Below, in pieces: positions 10,061 to 21,786 of a stretch of DNA of 22,054 bases; position 1 is the first letter of the stretch; every line of letters starts with the position of its first letter. The notes beneath the pieces were generated by a model. The model ran no database searches. It was given only the letters and a program-made list of their open reading frames with translations, and was not told the origin of the DNA. The DNA is from Psammoneis japonica (taxonomy: Eukaryota): the NCBI GenBank assembly GCA_008632985.1, contig QPGO01000287.1, positions 62,001 to 84,054 on the forward strand, given 5' to 3'. Made by a program: the position numbers and the translations under genes.

Positions 10061-10879
10061 CATCTCATCAATTCACTGATTGGGTTGTTTGATGATCGTG
10101 CACATGCACAGCCATGCTGCACTTGTTCCGATGACCAAAAATGTGGTCAATCATGCCCCAGCTGCATTTCTTCTTACAGCAGCCACCAAAGTGAGACCAG
10201 AGTCCAGACAGTCATGGGAAGATGCCTCATTTGGGCACCACTCCAGCACCATGAGAAATGCCCACAACAATTGTGTCTTCAACAGCTTTTCTCTTTTTTG
10301 AGTTGGCAACTTGGGGGCAACATGAGGGTGTTGCTCACTCAGACAAAGCACTTCATTGCAGCAATCAGTGGTCTCAAGGGCAGTGTGGGCCCATGCTTTG
10401 CCTGAGTCCATGGAGCAGGAGCAAACAAATGTGGTTAAGTTGTCACCTTTTGTTTCAGCATGCTGCACTGTTTTTTCTGAGTGACTGTTTTGGAGGCATT
10501 CAGTGACTCAAAGGATCTTGTGGGAAATGCTTGCCAAAGCTGCTTGTCAGTGTGTGGGGGAGATGGTCCAGTCTGCCACCTCAACCTTGGCTGAGATGTT
10601 TCTTTGGTGCCCTGCATGGCTGGGTTCTGTGTGTCAGTGAAGAGAGGTCATTCCTGCACATGCAGCAGATTGCTCTGATGCTGTGAGCCAATTTCCATTC
10701 AATGCAAGTTTGCGCCTCTGCTTCAATGCAAAACATCAAATTGCTCCTTTCCATTTGTCATTGTTGATGCTGGCAGTGTGAGCATTTTGCATGTGAGCTC
10801 TTCTGCTCTGTTGATGAAGTTGTTTTCATTGTCACTCTTTGTGCTTTTGTTGATCACATCTGTTGATGCTTGCTCCAAT

Positions 10880-11170
10880 GCCAGCTGCCCCATGAACGGA
10901 GTGGTTTTTTTTAGTGCAACGATGGCAACAAGATGCCCCCTGACAAATGACACTCACTCAAAGTTGGCACCATGATTCTGGTGAAGCAAATTGTCATTGA
11001 TGCAAGCTGCTCTGTCACTGGCATCAGCTGACTTGTGCCACCACCTGAGCCCCATCCAGAAACCAGAAACACTGTCAAAAATTTGATGTCCACCATCCAT
11101 GATTGCTGCATTTTGTGTCACAACACACAACACCCACTTGGACTCCTGCCAATGCCAATGCCAGTGCCAC
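10880..11170 (-). pseudogene. Possible decayed SET-domain fragment
   Basis: DRAACINDN...NHGANFE*VSFVRGHLVAIVALKK...GQL weakly resembles SET ARFINH...N...V.IVA.RDI..GEEL after undoing Y->C/H and R->stop changes. Weak evidence. Confidence 0.25.
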
Positions 11171-14100
11171 CCTCTGGACAAACCCCATCTTCCAGCATCC
11201 ACTGCCCTCACCACTCCCCAGAAGGCTGCCACCACCTCACTTTGCTGCAAAGCCCCCTGGGCATAAAAACTCTGCTGTCAAATTTGCACCCCTGCCCGTG
11301 CTGCTGCTCTGTTGGCAACCACTTCACCAGTGTTCTCTCACTCTTACTCTGGGTGTCCCATGAATGACAAGAGTGAGCCATTGACCATTGTTCAAACTGC
11401 TGGGCAAGCTTAAAAACCAGTTGGCTGTGACAAAGCTGGCATTGCACTTGACAGAGCATCTCATGTCAGACACATTGTGTGCAAGGCAATTCACAGTGCA
11501 GCCTCCTGTTTCTTGACATCTCTCAAGTTGTGGAGTGCAGCAGGCTTCTGTTGGCATGCAATTGGCAAATGGCTTCTTTGTGCATGCCTGGGTTGATGGC
11601 TCACAAAGCACATTTGGATTCCATTTTTTTGTCTTTTGCTGCGACTTTGCAAATGCTGCAAGCCTCCCATTGTGTGTGTTGGGGGGGGGGGGGCTCCCCC
11701 AGTGACTTTTCTTGATGAATTGGACTGGCACCATTCTGGTTGGTTGCTCAACTTTTTATTGGCTTGGAGATGCATTTGAGATGTCCTCCTGATTCTCCTG
11801 ATCAGGAAGGCATCCTCTCCAGGGCTGTTGGCTGGTCATTGTCTGTGATTTGACATTTCTTCAGTTTTGCACCAGGTTGCCACCTTGGTTGGTTCCATGT
11901 GTGATGTTCAGTGTCTGCCTCCAGTGCACTGCATGTTCTTTTTTACAGCCACAGCTCTCACCAGTGCTTTTTTTGCACTGGAAGATCTGCAACCCTGTTT
12001 TTGCCAGGCTTCTGAAGCTTGCAGACCAGCTTCAGTTCATCAGGTTTTGAGCAGCAGTGCCACAGCATTGTGAATTCACTGGCCCATTTTCAGCAACTGT
12101 CAGTGTGACCTCAGTTGAAAAGATGAGCATTGGCAGAGTGATCTGGAGCATGAAGAAAACCCATGTGTGGTGGGCTGCAAGTCATTTGGAGGGTCAAGAA
12201 AAAGGTTGTTGTGCACCTCTAAAATCCAGCTAAATTCCTCTGGGTGCTTTGACCTGCACCATGAGCTGGAGAGTCTTCCAACAGCTGTCAATGGCTTTTT
12301 GTCACAAGGGTCAGCATCAGAATCTTTTGTTCATGAAGCACAAATGACTGTGATCTTAAGTTGCTGTCAGTGCTGCTGTCTGTTGCTGCTTGTTGTTTTT
12401 AACCCACAACATCATTGCACAGTGATTTTGTCTGGAGCACAGGTCCTTGTGATGATGTTTGAGATGACAGGGCACACATTTTTTCTTTCTGCCTGTCACC
12501 TCCCTGTGTGGTGTGGTGAGCAGAAGTGGCCCCATGCCCGTGGCATCCATGGGGCTGCTGAGAGCAGCAAAGCCCCCACAGCAAAGTGAAGGACAGACAG
12601 CTCAGTTGTGGGACACAAAATGCTTGGGTGTCACATCCAGGCAGGCATGATGCATGAAACCAGAAAGAGGCACTGCGCCCCAACATTTGTTCACAGTGCA
12701 CAACATGATGTGTGTGACACATGTCACGATGTGCCAGCATTGTTTGCATGGGTGTGAAGCACTGGGATTTGATGCCTGCTGGTTTTTGTTGGCATGAAAT
12801 TTAGCAAAATGAGTGCCAGAGCCAACAAACAATGTTGTGTCACTCAACCCTTGGCCAGGGTTGTTCTTTTGTGCCCAAGTCACTCAGCATCAGAGCTTGC
12901 TCAGCCTTGGTGTGTCACAAGTCAAAATGCTCATGTCCACTGTTCATGAGCTCTTGTCAACACAAGTCCTCATTCTGGCTGTGCCCAAGCATTGGCAAGC
13001 CCAAAACCAAAATGATGCTGCAATGGAGCCAGCACAATGCTGAGACATGTGCAAGCATGCAATGGAAAATGTGCTGATTCCACACAGCATCAGTGTGCTT
13101 TCCAAGCATGATCTTTTTCTCTTTTGCATTGCTCAGTTGTCATGCAGCTCAGGTTTGACAGAAGTGCCAATGACGGCAAAAAATTTGGTGCACTGGAGCC
13201 AGTGCAATGTGCCAGGTGCACAAGACACACTCATTCCATGCGCAGTGTGCAGCACTGCTCCGTGCTTTCCAACCATGCCCCCTTTTTTGTTTCAGCAGGT
13301 GAATTTTTTTCTGCCTTTTGTTTTTGACTTTTGAGTTCTTTGCAAGGCAAGGCCATGACAAGAGAAGTGTGCCACTCCAGCATGCTGCTCTGCTCTCCAA
13401 GCATTTGGGTGCTGAGTGTGCTTCAGCAAAGAACAGCTTGAAAAGTGTTTTCAAAGAGTGCATGCAACAACACTGGTGTTGCTCTTGACAGTGCTTTTGT
13501 GATCAGCAAGTTGTGGCACAAGGGATGTGGCAGCCACAGTTGTCTCAGAGTTGCCACTTCTTCTCTCTTGCCTGGTTTGCCACTCCACTCACCATGTTGA
13601 AGTGCACAGCAATCAAAGCTCTGGTGGCAGAGGATTGCAAACATGATGAAGGTGGCAACTCTGCTTTGTCATGCTGAAGGTTTGTGGTGTGTGAGGCCTT
13701 TTGATGCACAGGTGGGGTGGTTTCAGCAAAGAATCAGGCTTCCCCATGCTGATGCTCCACAGTGTGTTGCTGTGCACACTCTGCATGGGTGCCAGCCTGG
13801 TGCGCTGGTGGCCCACACATGTGTGGAGGTTTTGGGCCACATGTTGGGATTGTGCTGGACATCATGCACAACATGTGGTGTGGGGTGAACTCTGGGGGAA
13901 AGTGGGCCCCTTGTGTGGCAGCACTTCATGTTGAAAGATCTGGGAATGCCATGATCCATGATGCAAGAGCCAACAATGAACAAGAGATGACACCCCTGCA
14001 GGTGTGCAGCACTGCATGTCACACAGAACCCTGCCATGCAAAGCCCTGACAACTGAGGATCTCTCAAGCTGTCAACCAAGAAAAAGGGTGCTCATGCTGC

Positions 14101-16014
14101 ATCTCCATCTGCTGTGACAACAGCTGCAGCCCATGACAGCAATGCAAACAAGCATTGAGTCATTGCTTGCACATCAAAAACCAAGCCAAAGACAAGCCAA
14201 CAAATGTGGTGGTGGCAGTGGGCAATCAAGGTCAAGACAGCCCTTGCTCTTCAGCCAGTTGTTGACCATCTGTGCCACCAGCAATGCCAGTCAACAAGAA
14301 GGGCTGAAGCATTGTTGTGTCACTTGATGATGCAGTGCAAAATCTGAAAAATGTGGTTGACAGGCCAAGTGGTGCAACCTTCATTTGCATGCATGTGGCT
14401 GCCGGTTGAGTCAGCCCTTGTCATTTGCCTTGCCACTCATGACAATGACTTTGTCAAAGTGAAGTTTGGCACCTTGGTTGACAAATGGCCAGCAGCAAAG
14501 ATTTACCCTTGAGGTCTGGGAAGCACAGATGTCTGCAGAAAGACAGGGCAAGAAGACAGTTGCAGCAGATGAAGCACATTTGCTGTTTCTGCACCAAGTG
14601 TGGTGGTTGCATTGCTTGCCATTGAGGGTTAGAGACAAAGAGGAAAATGTGCTAAAAGTTCTCGTCTAATGGCTTCCAGCATTGCTTCCAACTCCAAAAC
14701 AGCACTTCCAGAAATCCAAAACAAGGCTGTGTGTGGCATTCTCTGCTTCTGGACATGGGTTGTGTCTCTGGTGGTGGACATGAGAAATGCCAGAAGACCC
14801 ATTTGCCTTGCTGTTGAGTCAAGCAGAAATGAGAGTCTGAAGAGGCAGCTGACAAGGCAGGCTGAGAGAGACACACACATTTCTCAGACATCATCATGGG
14901 CTTGTGTTTGTGCTGCTGCCCTGCTGTGGGTGTGCTTTCATGGACAGAGGTTCAATCAAATGAGAAGATTGCATCATGTTTTCTGCAAAAGCAAATTGTG
15001 CTTTTGCAGCTGCTGGCATGTGCTTCTTGTGTGCAAGCTTTATGGCAGAAACATGTTGCATGGTCTGCTGGTGGCTGAGCAAGACCCCAACTTGGACTTG
15101 TGACAACAAAGGCAGCACAAAAGGGCAGACTGCTGCCCCAATGTTTGGGAGCGCACACAGTGGGCCACAAAGGAGCAAGCAGCACCTTCTTCATTTAGAG
15201 TCCAAGCAACCAGGGCAAAGTCAAAGCTGTGGAAGGCAGGGCTGGTGTGGTGTGTTGTTGGAGCTTCATGGTTTTGTGGACCAAATCTGCATTAGTCTGA
15301 CCTCTCAGGAACTCACCAAATGGACTGCAAATGCATGCTTCATGCTGTTGCTGGCACCATTGGTTTGCCTCTGTGTCAACCTGACACAGAAGCTAAAAAG
15401 TGAGCACAAGACAATGTTCTTTGGAGTTTGTCAATGCAAACCCTCCATGTCATTGAAGAACATCAGGGATCTTTCATTGCAACATTGTCATTCTTGCTTT
15501 TGTGTCACAGTCCATTGCCAAATCAAAGGAAATGGGTTGGTCTCTCACAAGAGGGGGAAAGGCACAGAAGGCAAAGAAATGGGCATTTGTGTGGTTGTTG
15601 CTTGCCGCTTTCTTGTTGTGTTGATCAGTGAGTTTGGAGCCAAAAGCCTGTGTGTGCACAGCAGGGCACAGCTGTCCAGCTGGGGCTTTGGATTTTGCAG
15701 GCCCCACTGAGGCAGAAGGTGGTGTGGCTGCACAGCACAGGTGGTGCTGGGTCACAAAGAGGAGGCTGGCTTCTGTGCTGCAGAGGCAGGTTTGAAGAGT
15801 GCTTCAGGTCAGCAAAGAGAGCACAGGAGCAAGAAGTGGCAAAGGCCAAGGGACACTGGAAGAAGATTCAGCAGGGTGTCCAGGGATGCTCAAGGGGCAA
15901 GCAATGGCAGAACAATGGTGGCAAAAGCTCTAAAAAAGCAGTTGATGGGCAAAGAAATCAAGGGTGCCAGTCCAAGATGATCAACAACAAATGATGGAAA
16001 AGTGCAAATCAAGG

Positions 16015-17050
16015 TGTCATTGAGGTGGTCAGCTGTCAAAGTGCTGCACTGTGTCTCATGGTTTGGGTGATCATGGGTGACCCAGCCCCCATCAATTTGC
16101 CCAGTGCTGACTGTTGCTCTGGCAAAACATGGAGTCACTGTTCACTCATTGGGAGTGAGGAAATGGACAGATCTGAAGACATGCTTTTTGCACAGAGCTG
16201 CAGATGAATCTCAATGATCAACCCACATCCCTTGTCATCCAGGGGGCTGTTTCAGTGCCATTCCCAGCACCAAGTTAAGAGTGGATGATGCAGCTCATGT
16301 TAGAGACCTTTGGACCCCAGGTGTTCCACATCACCCTCCAGACAGCACTGTCTCTCTTTGCTTTGGTCTGCATGGCAGGATGAGCTGTCAGTCCAGAGAG
16401 GGTGTTGCTCACTGTGCCCCCATTTGCCAATGCTGTGTGCCCTCTTTTTTCCATGCCTTGGTTTGGCTTGATGTGGTGGGTCACAACATGACTCCAGTTG
16501 TTTGGCCCAGAGGAGGGTGACCCAATTTTCCCAATTGAAGCAATGAGCTCAAGGGCATCCACACCACAAATGACAACCATTGCAGTGCGGCTGCTTGCTT
16601 TGAGGGCAAAAGAAAAAGAAGAGATTGACTGCATTGGAATGACCTGCTGAGCTTGCCAAAATGGCAGCTGTCCTCTTAGAAGGGAGTGTTTTTGCTGGAC
16701 AGGGAGATCCTCTTCCAACCTTGCCTGGCAGGATTGCTGTGAAATGCATGGGGTTGCAGACTCCCTGTTTCAGCACATTCTGATTTGTGATGACCATCAG
16801 AACAACAACCCATGCTCCTGTTTGCATCAGGGCCTGTCCAAAGAGGCATGACTGTGATGGACATTGTGGCACCCCAGAGTGCAATTGTGGCACCCCCAGA
16901 ATGCAATTGTGGCACCCCCAGAATGCAGATTCTCACACTCTGGGTGGGAGGGTCTTTGTTGGGGTCTCCAGCTGATTTTCAAAGCTTTTGGGCTGCAAGA
17001 AGAATGCCAACAGTTGGGTGCTGCCACCATGTGGTCCATCACAAATTTTT
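16015..17050 (+). pseudogene. Near full-length actin-like pseudogene
   Basis: Collinear actin motifs: I*RHAFCTELQ (IWHHTFYNELR); EWMMQLMLETFGPQVFHITLQTALSLFA ([28 protein letters not shown]); SREGVAHCAPICQCC...HALVWLDVVGHNMT (SGDGVSHTVPIYEGY...HAILRLDLAGRDLT); EILFQP; IVAPPECRFS; WVGGSLLGS; VVHHKFF. Confidence 0.88.
16863..16927. repeat. Three tandem copies of a 21-22-bp unit inside the actin pseudogene
   Basis: attgtggcaccccagagtgca (16863-16883), attgtggcacccccagaatgca (16884-16905 and 16906-16927). Confidence 0.93.
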
Positions 17051-18510
17051 CCACAGTGGATTCTTTTGCTTGATGAAGTAGATTCAACACCAACTGACAG
17101 CCCACACACAGCACAGAGATGCAAAATTGCCAATGCATGTTCATCAAATGTGTTCGAGCCAGCCAATTGAGTTTCAATTGTCCACCCCAGCAAGAGCCCA
17201 AGAGCACAGCAGAAAAGGTCTTGCTGTTTGAGTCCCTGGTGGAGCCAAGGTGGTGAGACAATTGACCAAATTGAAACACAAATCATGAATGACTGGCTTG
17301 TCATCCCTGTCAACTGTTCTGACAAACCCGTGCCAACCCCTTGCAGTTTGCTACACCCAAAGCAACTTGAGAAGAACCCATGAGTGTCTCCAAATGCAAG
17401 GTGGCTCTTCTTCTTGCAGATTCAGTTCTCAAAACAAGGCTTCCCATTCATTGTGCCCAGTTGGGTCCTCCAACTTTTTTGTTGCTTCCTCACAGAGCTT
17501 CTTGCTTTGTTTGTGGGCTTCTGCATGCTCTGGTGGCAATCAGACTCACTCCATCAGACCCTCAAATTTTGCAATGAAGAGGACACAACCACCAGCTGCT
17601 TTCACAGCATTGGTGACAGCATCCCAGCTGCATCCTCTGCCACCCAATCAGAACAAAAGCACATTCTTGCTTGCCAACCACATGACATCTCCCAGCTTTG
17701 TTGCTGCACACAAGTGACAGAGAGCACTGCAAATGAGTGCATCCTTGGAGAATGGCTTGAACCCCCTTTTCAGTGGCTTTCTCATGGAAATCAAGATTGA
17801 TTGAGGGCTTGCAGATTCAGGCATTCTTGTGCCATTGCAGCAAATGCTTCATCTGTCAGGTGGGAGTTACAAACTGTGAGAGGTCACCAAGTGCACCCTC
17901 CAAATCAAGGCATCAGAGCTCAGGCATCTCCCATGAAATTGTGATCTTGAATCTCTGACTTGACCAACTTTGTCAAATTTGACATTCCCAGTGCCAAGGC
18001 ATTGCATGCAGCACAGGGCCAAGGGTCATCACCAGACACATGATTGCCAATCACAAATTGATTGAGCACCAGCTCATTGACATGTTTCCTGGAGACTTCA
18101 AAACAGCTGTCAGTTCCTCAAGTCTGGGAAATGTCACATTTACAAAGACTGGCTTTTCAAGAGTCTGGGTGTGGGCCAGTGTGCGCAAGGCCTTTCTGTG
18201 TTAATCATCTTTGACAGCTGTGCAAAGCAGCAGTCTTCAGCCTCCATCTTGAAAGAGATCAGTTCTTTTTGACCTTGCAATGACTTCTCAAGAGTGCCAG
18301 GACTCAACTCAAATGAGGGGTTTCCTGCTGTCAATTCCTTCTGTGCAGGCCACAGGGAGGCTGCCACCCAAGACCAACTTCTGAGGGAAAAACATCTTCA
18401 TGTTCTTGATGCTTTCACGTTGATCATTGATGCTGTCAAGGATGTTGTCAAGAAGATTGTTTTCATCATCATGTGGGTTGAGAGTCAGCATGATGCTCAA
18501 GAGCCCCATG
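16900..18510. repeat. Direct segmental duplicate of ~5750-7695 (actin 3' end, intergenic spacer, LRR gene)
   Basis: Collinear similarity, e.g. 6571-6710 vs 17403-17542 aligns without gaps with 12 mismatches in 140 bp. Spacer anchors tccaccccag, ccaagagcaca, gagtccctggt, caactgttctgacaaac are shared. Confidence 0.95.
17429..18509 (-). pseudogene. Hypermutated copy of the LRR gene at 6597-7694
   Basis: Homologous from ATG (18509) to stop (17429): MGLLSIMLTLNPHDDENNLL...IKNMKMFFPQKL, ELSPGTLEKSLQGQKELISFKMEAEDCCFAQLSKMIN. Frameshifts and a ~30-bp deletion near 17930. Confidence 0.95.
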
Positions 18511-20766
18511 ATGTGTGTGCAACAAATGGAGTGCAAATGGGGGCCTGACATTCACCTGCAAGGAAGATTTGACACTGCTGGGAGATGACCATGGCCAATC
18601 TAACACATGCTGCTCCAATGCATGCAGCTGGCCAGCCATGCTGCATTGTTTGTTTTTTGCTTTGTGATGGAACCACTCTGCACACAAATGTCACCCTCCA
18701 TTGTGTCTCCCCTCCAGCCTATCATGACAAAAGCTGCTTAGAAGAAACTGGGACAAACCATGTTGGCAGTTTCAAAAAGACAGTGCTGAAGAAATGAGTG
18801 CTGCCAATGACTGCACAGCTGGAACAAAGTGACAAAATGGCATCATCCTCAATCTGCTCATGCATGGTCATTTGTCTCTGGCACTCTTGGTGGCGTGGCT
18901 CCAAGGGCACAGGAGCCACCAGTGCCATCTTCCACACAAGGGGTGGTGGTGCACATGTGTGCCAACATCAACACTGCAACCACTTCTTCAGCCAACTCTT
19001 TGGCATGAACAAAGGAGGGTTTCATGTTGTTGGGGATTTCCTTTCAATGACTCAACAACAAAGGAGGTGCTGGCAGCTTCCACATGATGTGAAGCTCATG
19101 CCCCACAAGAAAGCAGCCATTTTGACTTGCTGCTTGGCATTGACCAGCTGACATGCAGGTCAACCATGCTGGGATCAACTGCCAGTCTGCAGCATCTGGT
19201 GCAGGCAGAGCATCTTGAGCTGTGCATCTGGCATCAATGAGGGAAGGAGCACATGCTCCACTCATCATGTGCAGACTTTGGGTGGAAGGTTGAGAATGGC
19301 CGCCCCCAACAATTTGATTTTCATTGTTCACTTTTTTGCAGCAGCATTTCCACAAACAGGCTTTTTTGTGGTCATGGTTGTCAGAGATGTTGCTCTGCAG
19401 CATTCATGAAGGGGGCTTCAACTGGCCTGGTTTGGCATCCATGGGTTTTTGTGGTTTTCTTTGCCTGACACTTGGCCACCTTTTTTGCTCCAGGCATCTT
19501 GCACCAAGTTGCCGGCATGGTGACTGGTTGGAAAGGCTTCCAGCACAAGAGATGAGGTGCTGTGGGCAGTGCCTGCTGTCAACTCAACCCCTGCACACCA
19601 TTGAGTTCTCCCTCAAAATGAAAGCAGACGAGCTTGGCTTGTTGTTGGGTTTCTCGCTCAGGAAAATTGCACACGTGGAAGAGCTGAAAAGGAGTCAGTC
19701 AAAACTGCCACCCTTGCTGCCAAATTGCACAGTGCACAGCTTGCACACACCAGATGTAGAGGTGGCCCCCATGTGGCTGTTTTTTTGTGACTCCCAGACA
19801 CCAGGGCAGTGGCCAGAGCAGCAACAACTCCCGCAGACAATGCAGTGAGCTGGCACAACATCAAGCTGTTCATCAACAGTGTCACAGATGTGGCCACCTT
19901 CTTTTTGCAGGCCAGCCAGCTTCTTTTCTGTGCAGCTGAGTCACAAGCCATTGGAGTGCAGGTGCTGCAATGCAGCAAATGCGTGTGAAGATGAGCTGGT
20001 GCTGCAGAGCCCAGCCTGCAAAAAACACCTCCATTTGCTTGGTGCATGACAATCAACCCTTGCTGACAAAACAGCAGAGCATGCATGTCTGCAGGGGGGA
20101 TTGTCAGTCACATGCAGTGGCCACAGAGGCTTCTGGGCCATGCCAGCCAACAACTCCATGAGAAGAGGAGGCCGGTGCTGGTGTGTGGCTCCCACATCTC
20201 TTCAAGGGGCTGGCGCAACAACCAAAGGACTCATTTTGCTTTCTCTGACACCTCTTTGTGTGCCGGTTTCTGAGTGGCCTTGGCAAGCTTGGTCAGGAGC
20301 AGGGGACACTGAAAAAGGCCTCTGGCACAGAGACCAGAGGCAGCAGCAGACAAGGGGGTCAACAACTCAGGGGTGGCAGTGGTCTCCACCAGCAGCATGA
20401 CAACACGATGCCCAGGCTGGCACATGCATCGTCCACCCTGGAATTGATTTGGTTGAAAAGCCTTGTGGCACTGCATGTTTTGCTGGTGCTCTCACCATAA
20501 AGGCTCCGCGTTTCTGGGAATCTCATTGGCTGCAGGAAGAAACAAAAATTAATGAAATCATTGTGCAAACATCACCTCCACCGCAATCGTTTTGCAAAAT
20601 CTCTTACCGGTAGAGTAGCTCGTGACACGCACTCGTGACTGAGGAGCATGAGGCATGAGGGAAATAACACAAACGACGATCGAAAGCTATGACAATAATA
20701 AGGAGAGAGGCGAAAGCGTACGCCGCACATCTCACTCTTCGCCTGTAGTCAACTGGGTTGCCTGCC

Positions 20767-21465
20767 ATGAGAGTCCCCTCTTTGCTGCTTTTTCTTGCCT
20801 GGGTGGTGTCACACGCGGATTCCTTGTCGTTGAGAGCCGTCCAGAAACAGCGTGTTGTAGGATTTCTTGCTCACGCCGGTGCTGCAGTGTTTGCGGGATC
20901 TGAAGTGCTGGAGGATGTTCGAGAAATCGGCCACGGACATGGTCTTCTTTTGCTCGGATGCTCCAAGATTTGTCGTGAGGTGAACCTCCTGAGAGAGTCG
21001 GTACAAGAAGAATCTGAAGAGCTGAAGGAACAGGCATCTAGGAAAAAGTGGGTGGCACGAGCCTTGGATCCATTTGTCAGCGGTTGGCGAATGTTTTTCT
21101 CAAGAAAAACGTCAGCTCTACTTGCCACGGCAGCGCTAGGTGCAGCCTTTGTGGAAGTTGTTCAGGATTCTCTCCCAGGTGGTCACCATGGTACTGTTTG
21201 CCTGGCGCTCTCTGAATTGTTGGAACTTTTGACCGAGTCAGGACTTGTAAAGGGCCGCATGTGGTCGGAACTGATAGCGAACCAAGTTTTGCGCCTTGGT
21301 CTTGCAGTGGGAGCCATAATCTTGGCATTGATGGAAACAGCAAGATCCACACAACAAGCAATGGGCGCTCACCATGCCGTCCTTGTAATTGCATTGAGCA
21401 AGACATTGCGATGTATTGGATTTCTGCTTGACGACGAGCCGGAAAACGAAAAGAAAGTCGCATAA
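20767..21465 (+). CDS. 232-aa membrane protein with signal peptide and three His-motif repeats
   Basis: First ATG at 20767. N-terminal MRVPSLLLFLAWVVSHADS is signal-like. Hydrophobic helices flank GHGHG, GGHHG and GAHHA. Normal composition. Confidence 0.85.
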   Translation: MRVPSLLLFLAWVVSHADSLSLRAVQKQRVVGFLAHAGAAVFAGSEVLEDVREIGHGHGLLLLGCSKICREVNLLRESVQEESEELKEQASRKKWVARALDPFVSGWRMFFSRKTSALLATAALGAAFVEVVQDSLPGGHHGTVCLALSELLELLTESGLVKGRMWSELIANQVLRLGLAVGAIILALMETARSTQQAMGAHHAVLVIALSKTLRCIGFLLDDEPENEKKVA

Positions 21466-21786
21466 GTAGATACCATGTAGGTAGACTGAAGAAGGTGTGT
21501 ATGTGTTGTACCTGATGCATGAGATACGGTAGAACAACTCGAGTTCTATCATCGTTCCGTGAAGTTAGCTGCCGGAATATAAGTACAGTATTACCAACCG
21601 CTCGTAAATGCCACGGGGACAGAAAGCTAGTTGCATAGTATGTGTTAGAACGTCAGGTTCGCGAGGCGACAAGTAAATGATAACGTGCATTTTTACAGCT
21701 TCGCGTTCTTGTAACGAAACAACGGACGTGGGGCCGACACCATTATTAACCAAAGTGACATTTATGTCAAGCGAGCTTCCTTCATG

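Noticed and set aside
11681..11693. G13 homopolymer
   Set aside because: Isolated run with no supporting structure; length may be a sequencing error.
16863..16927. CRISPR-like repeats (also 1552-1635 and the 2387-2730 palindromes)
   Set aside because: No regular unique spacers, no cas genes, eukaryotic context.
20619..20639. ctcgtgac direct repeat upstream of the membrane-protein gene
   Set aside because: Could be a promoter element, but two 8-mers are not enough evidence.
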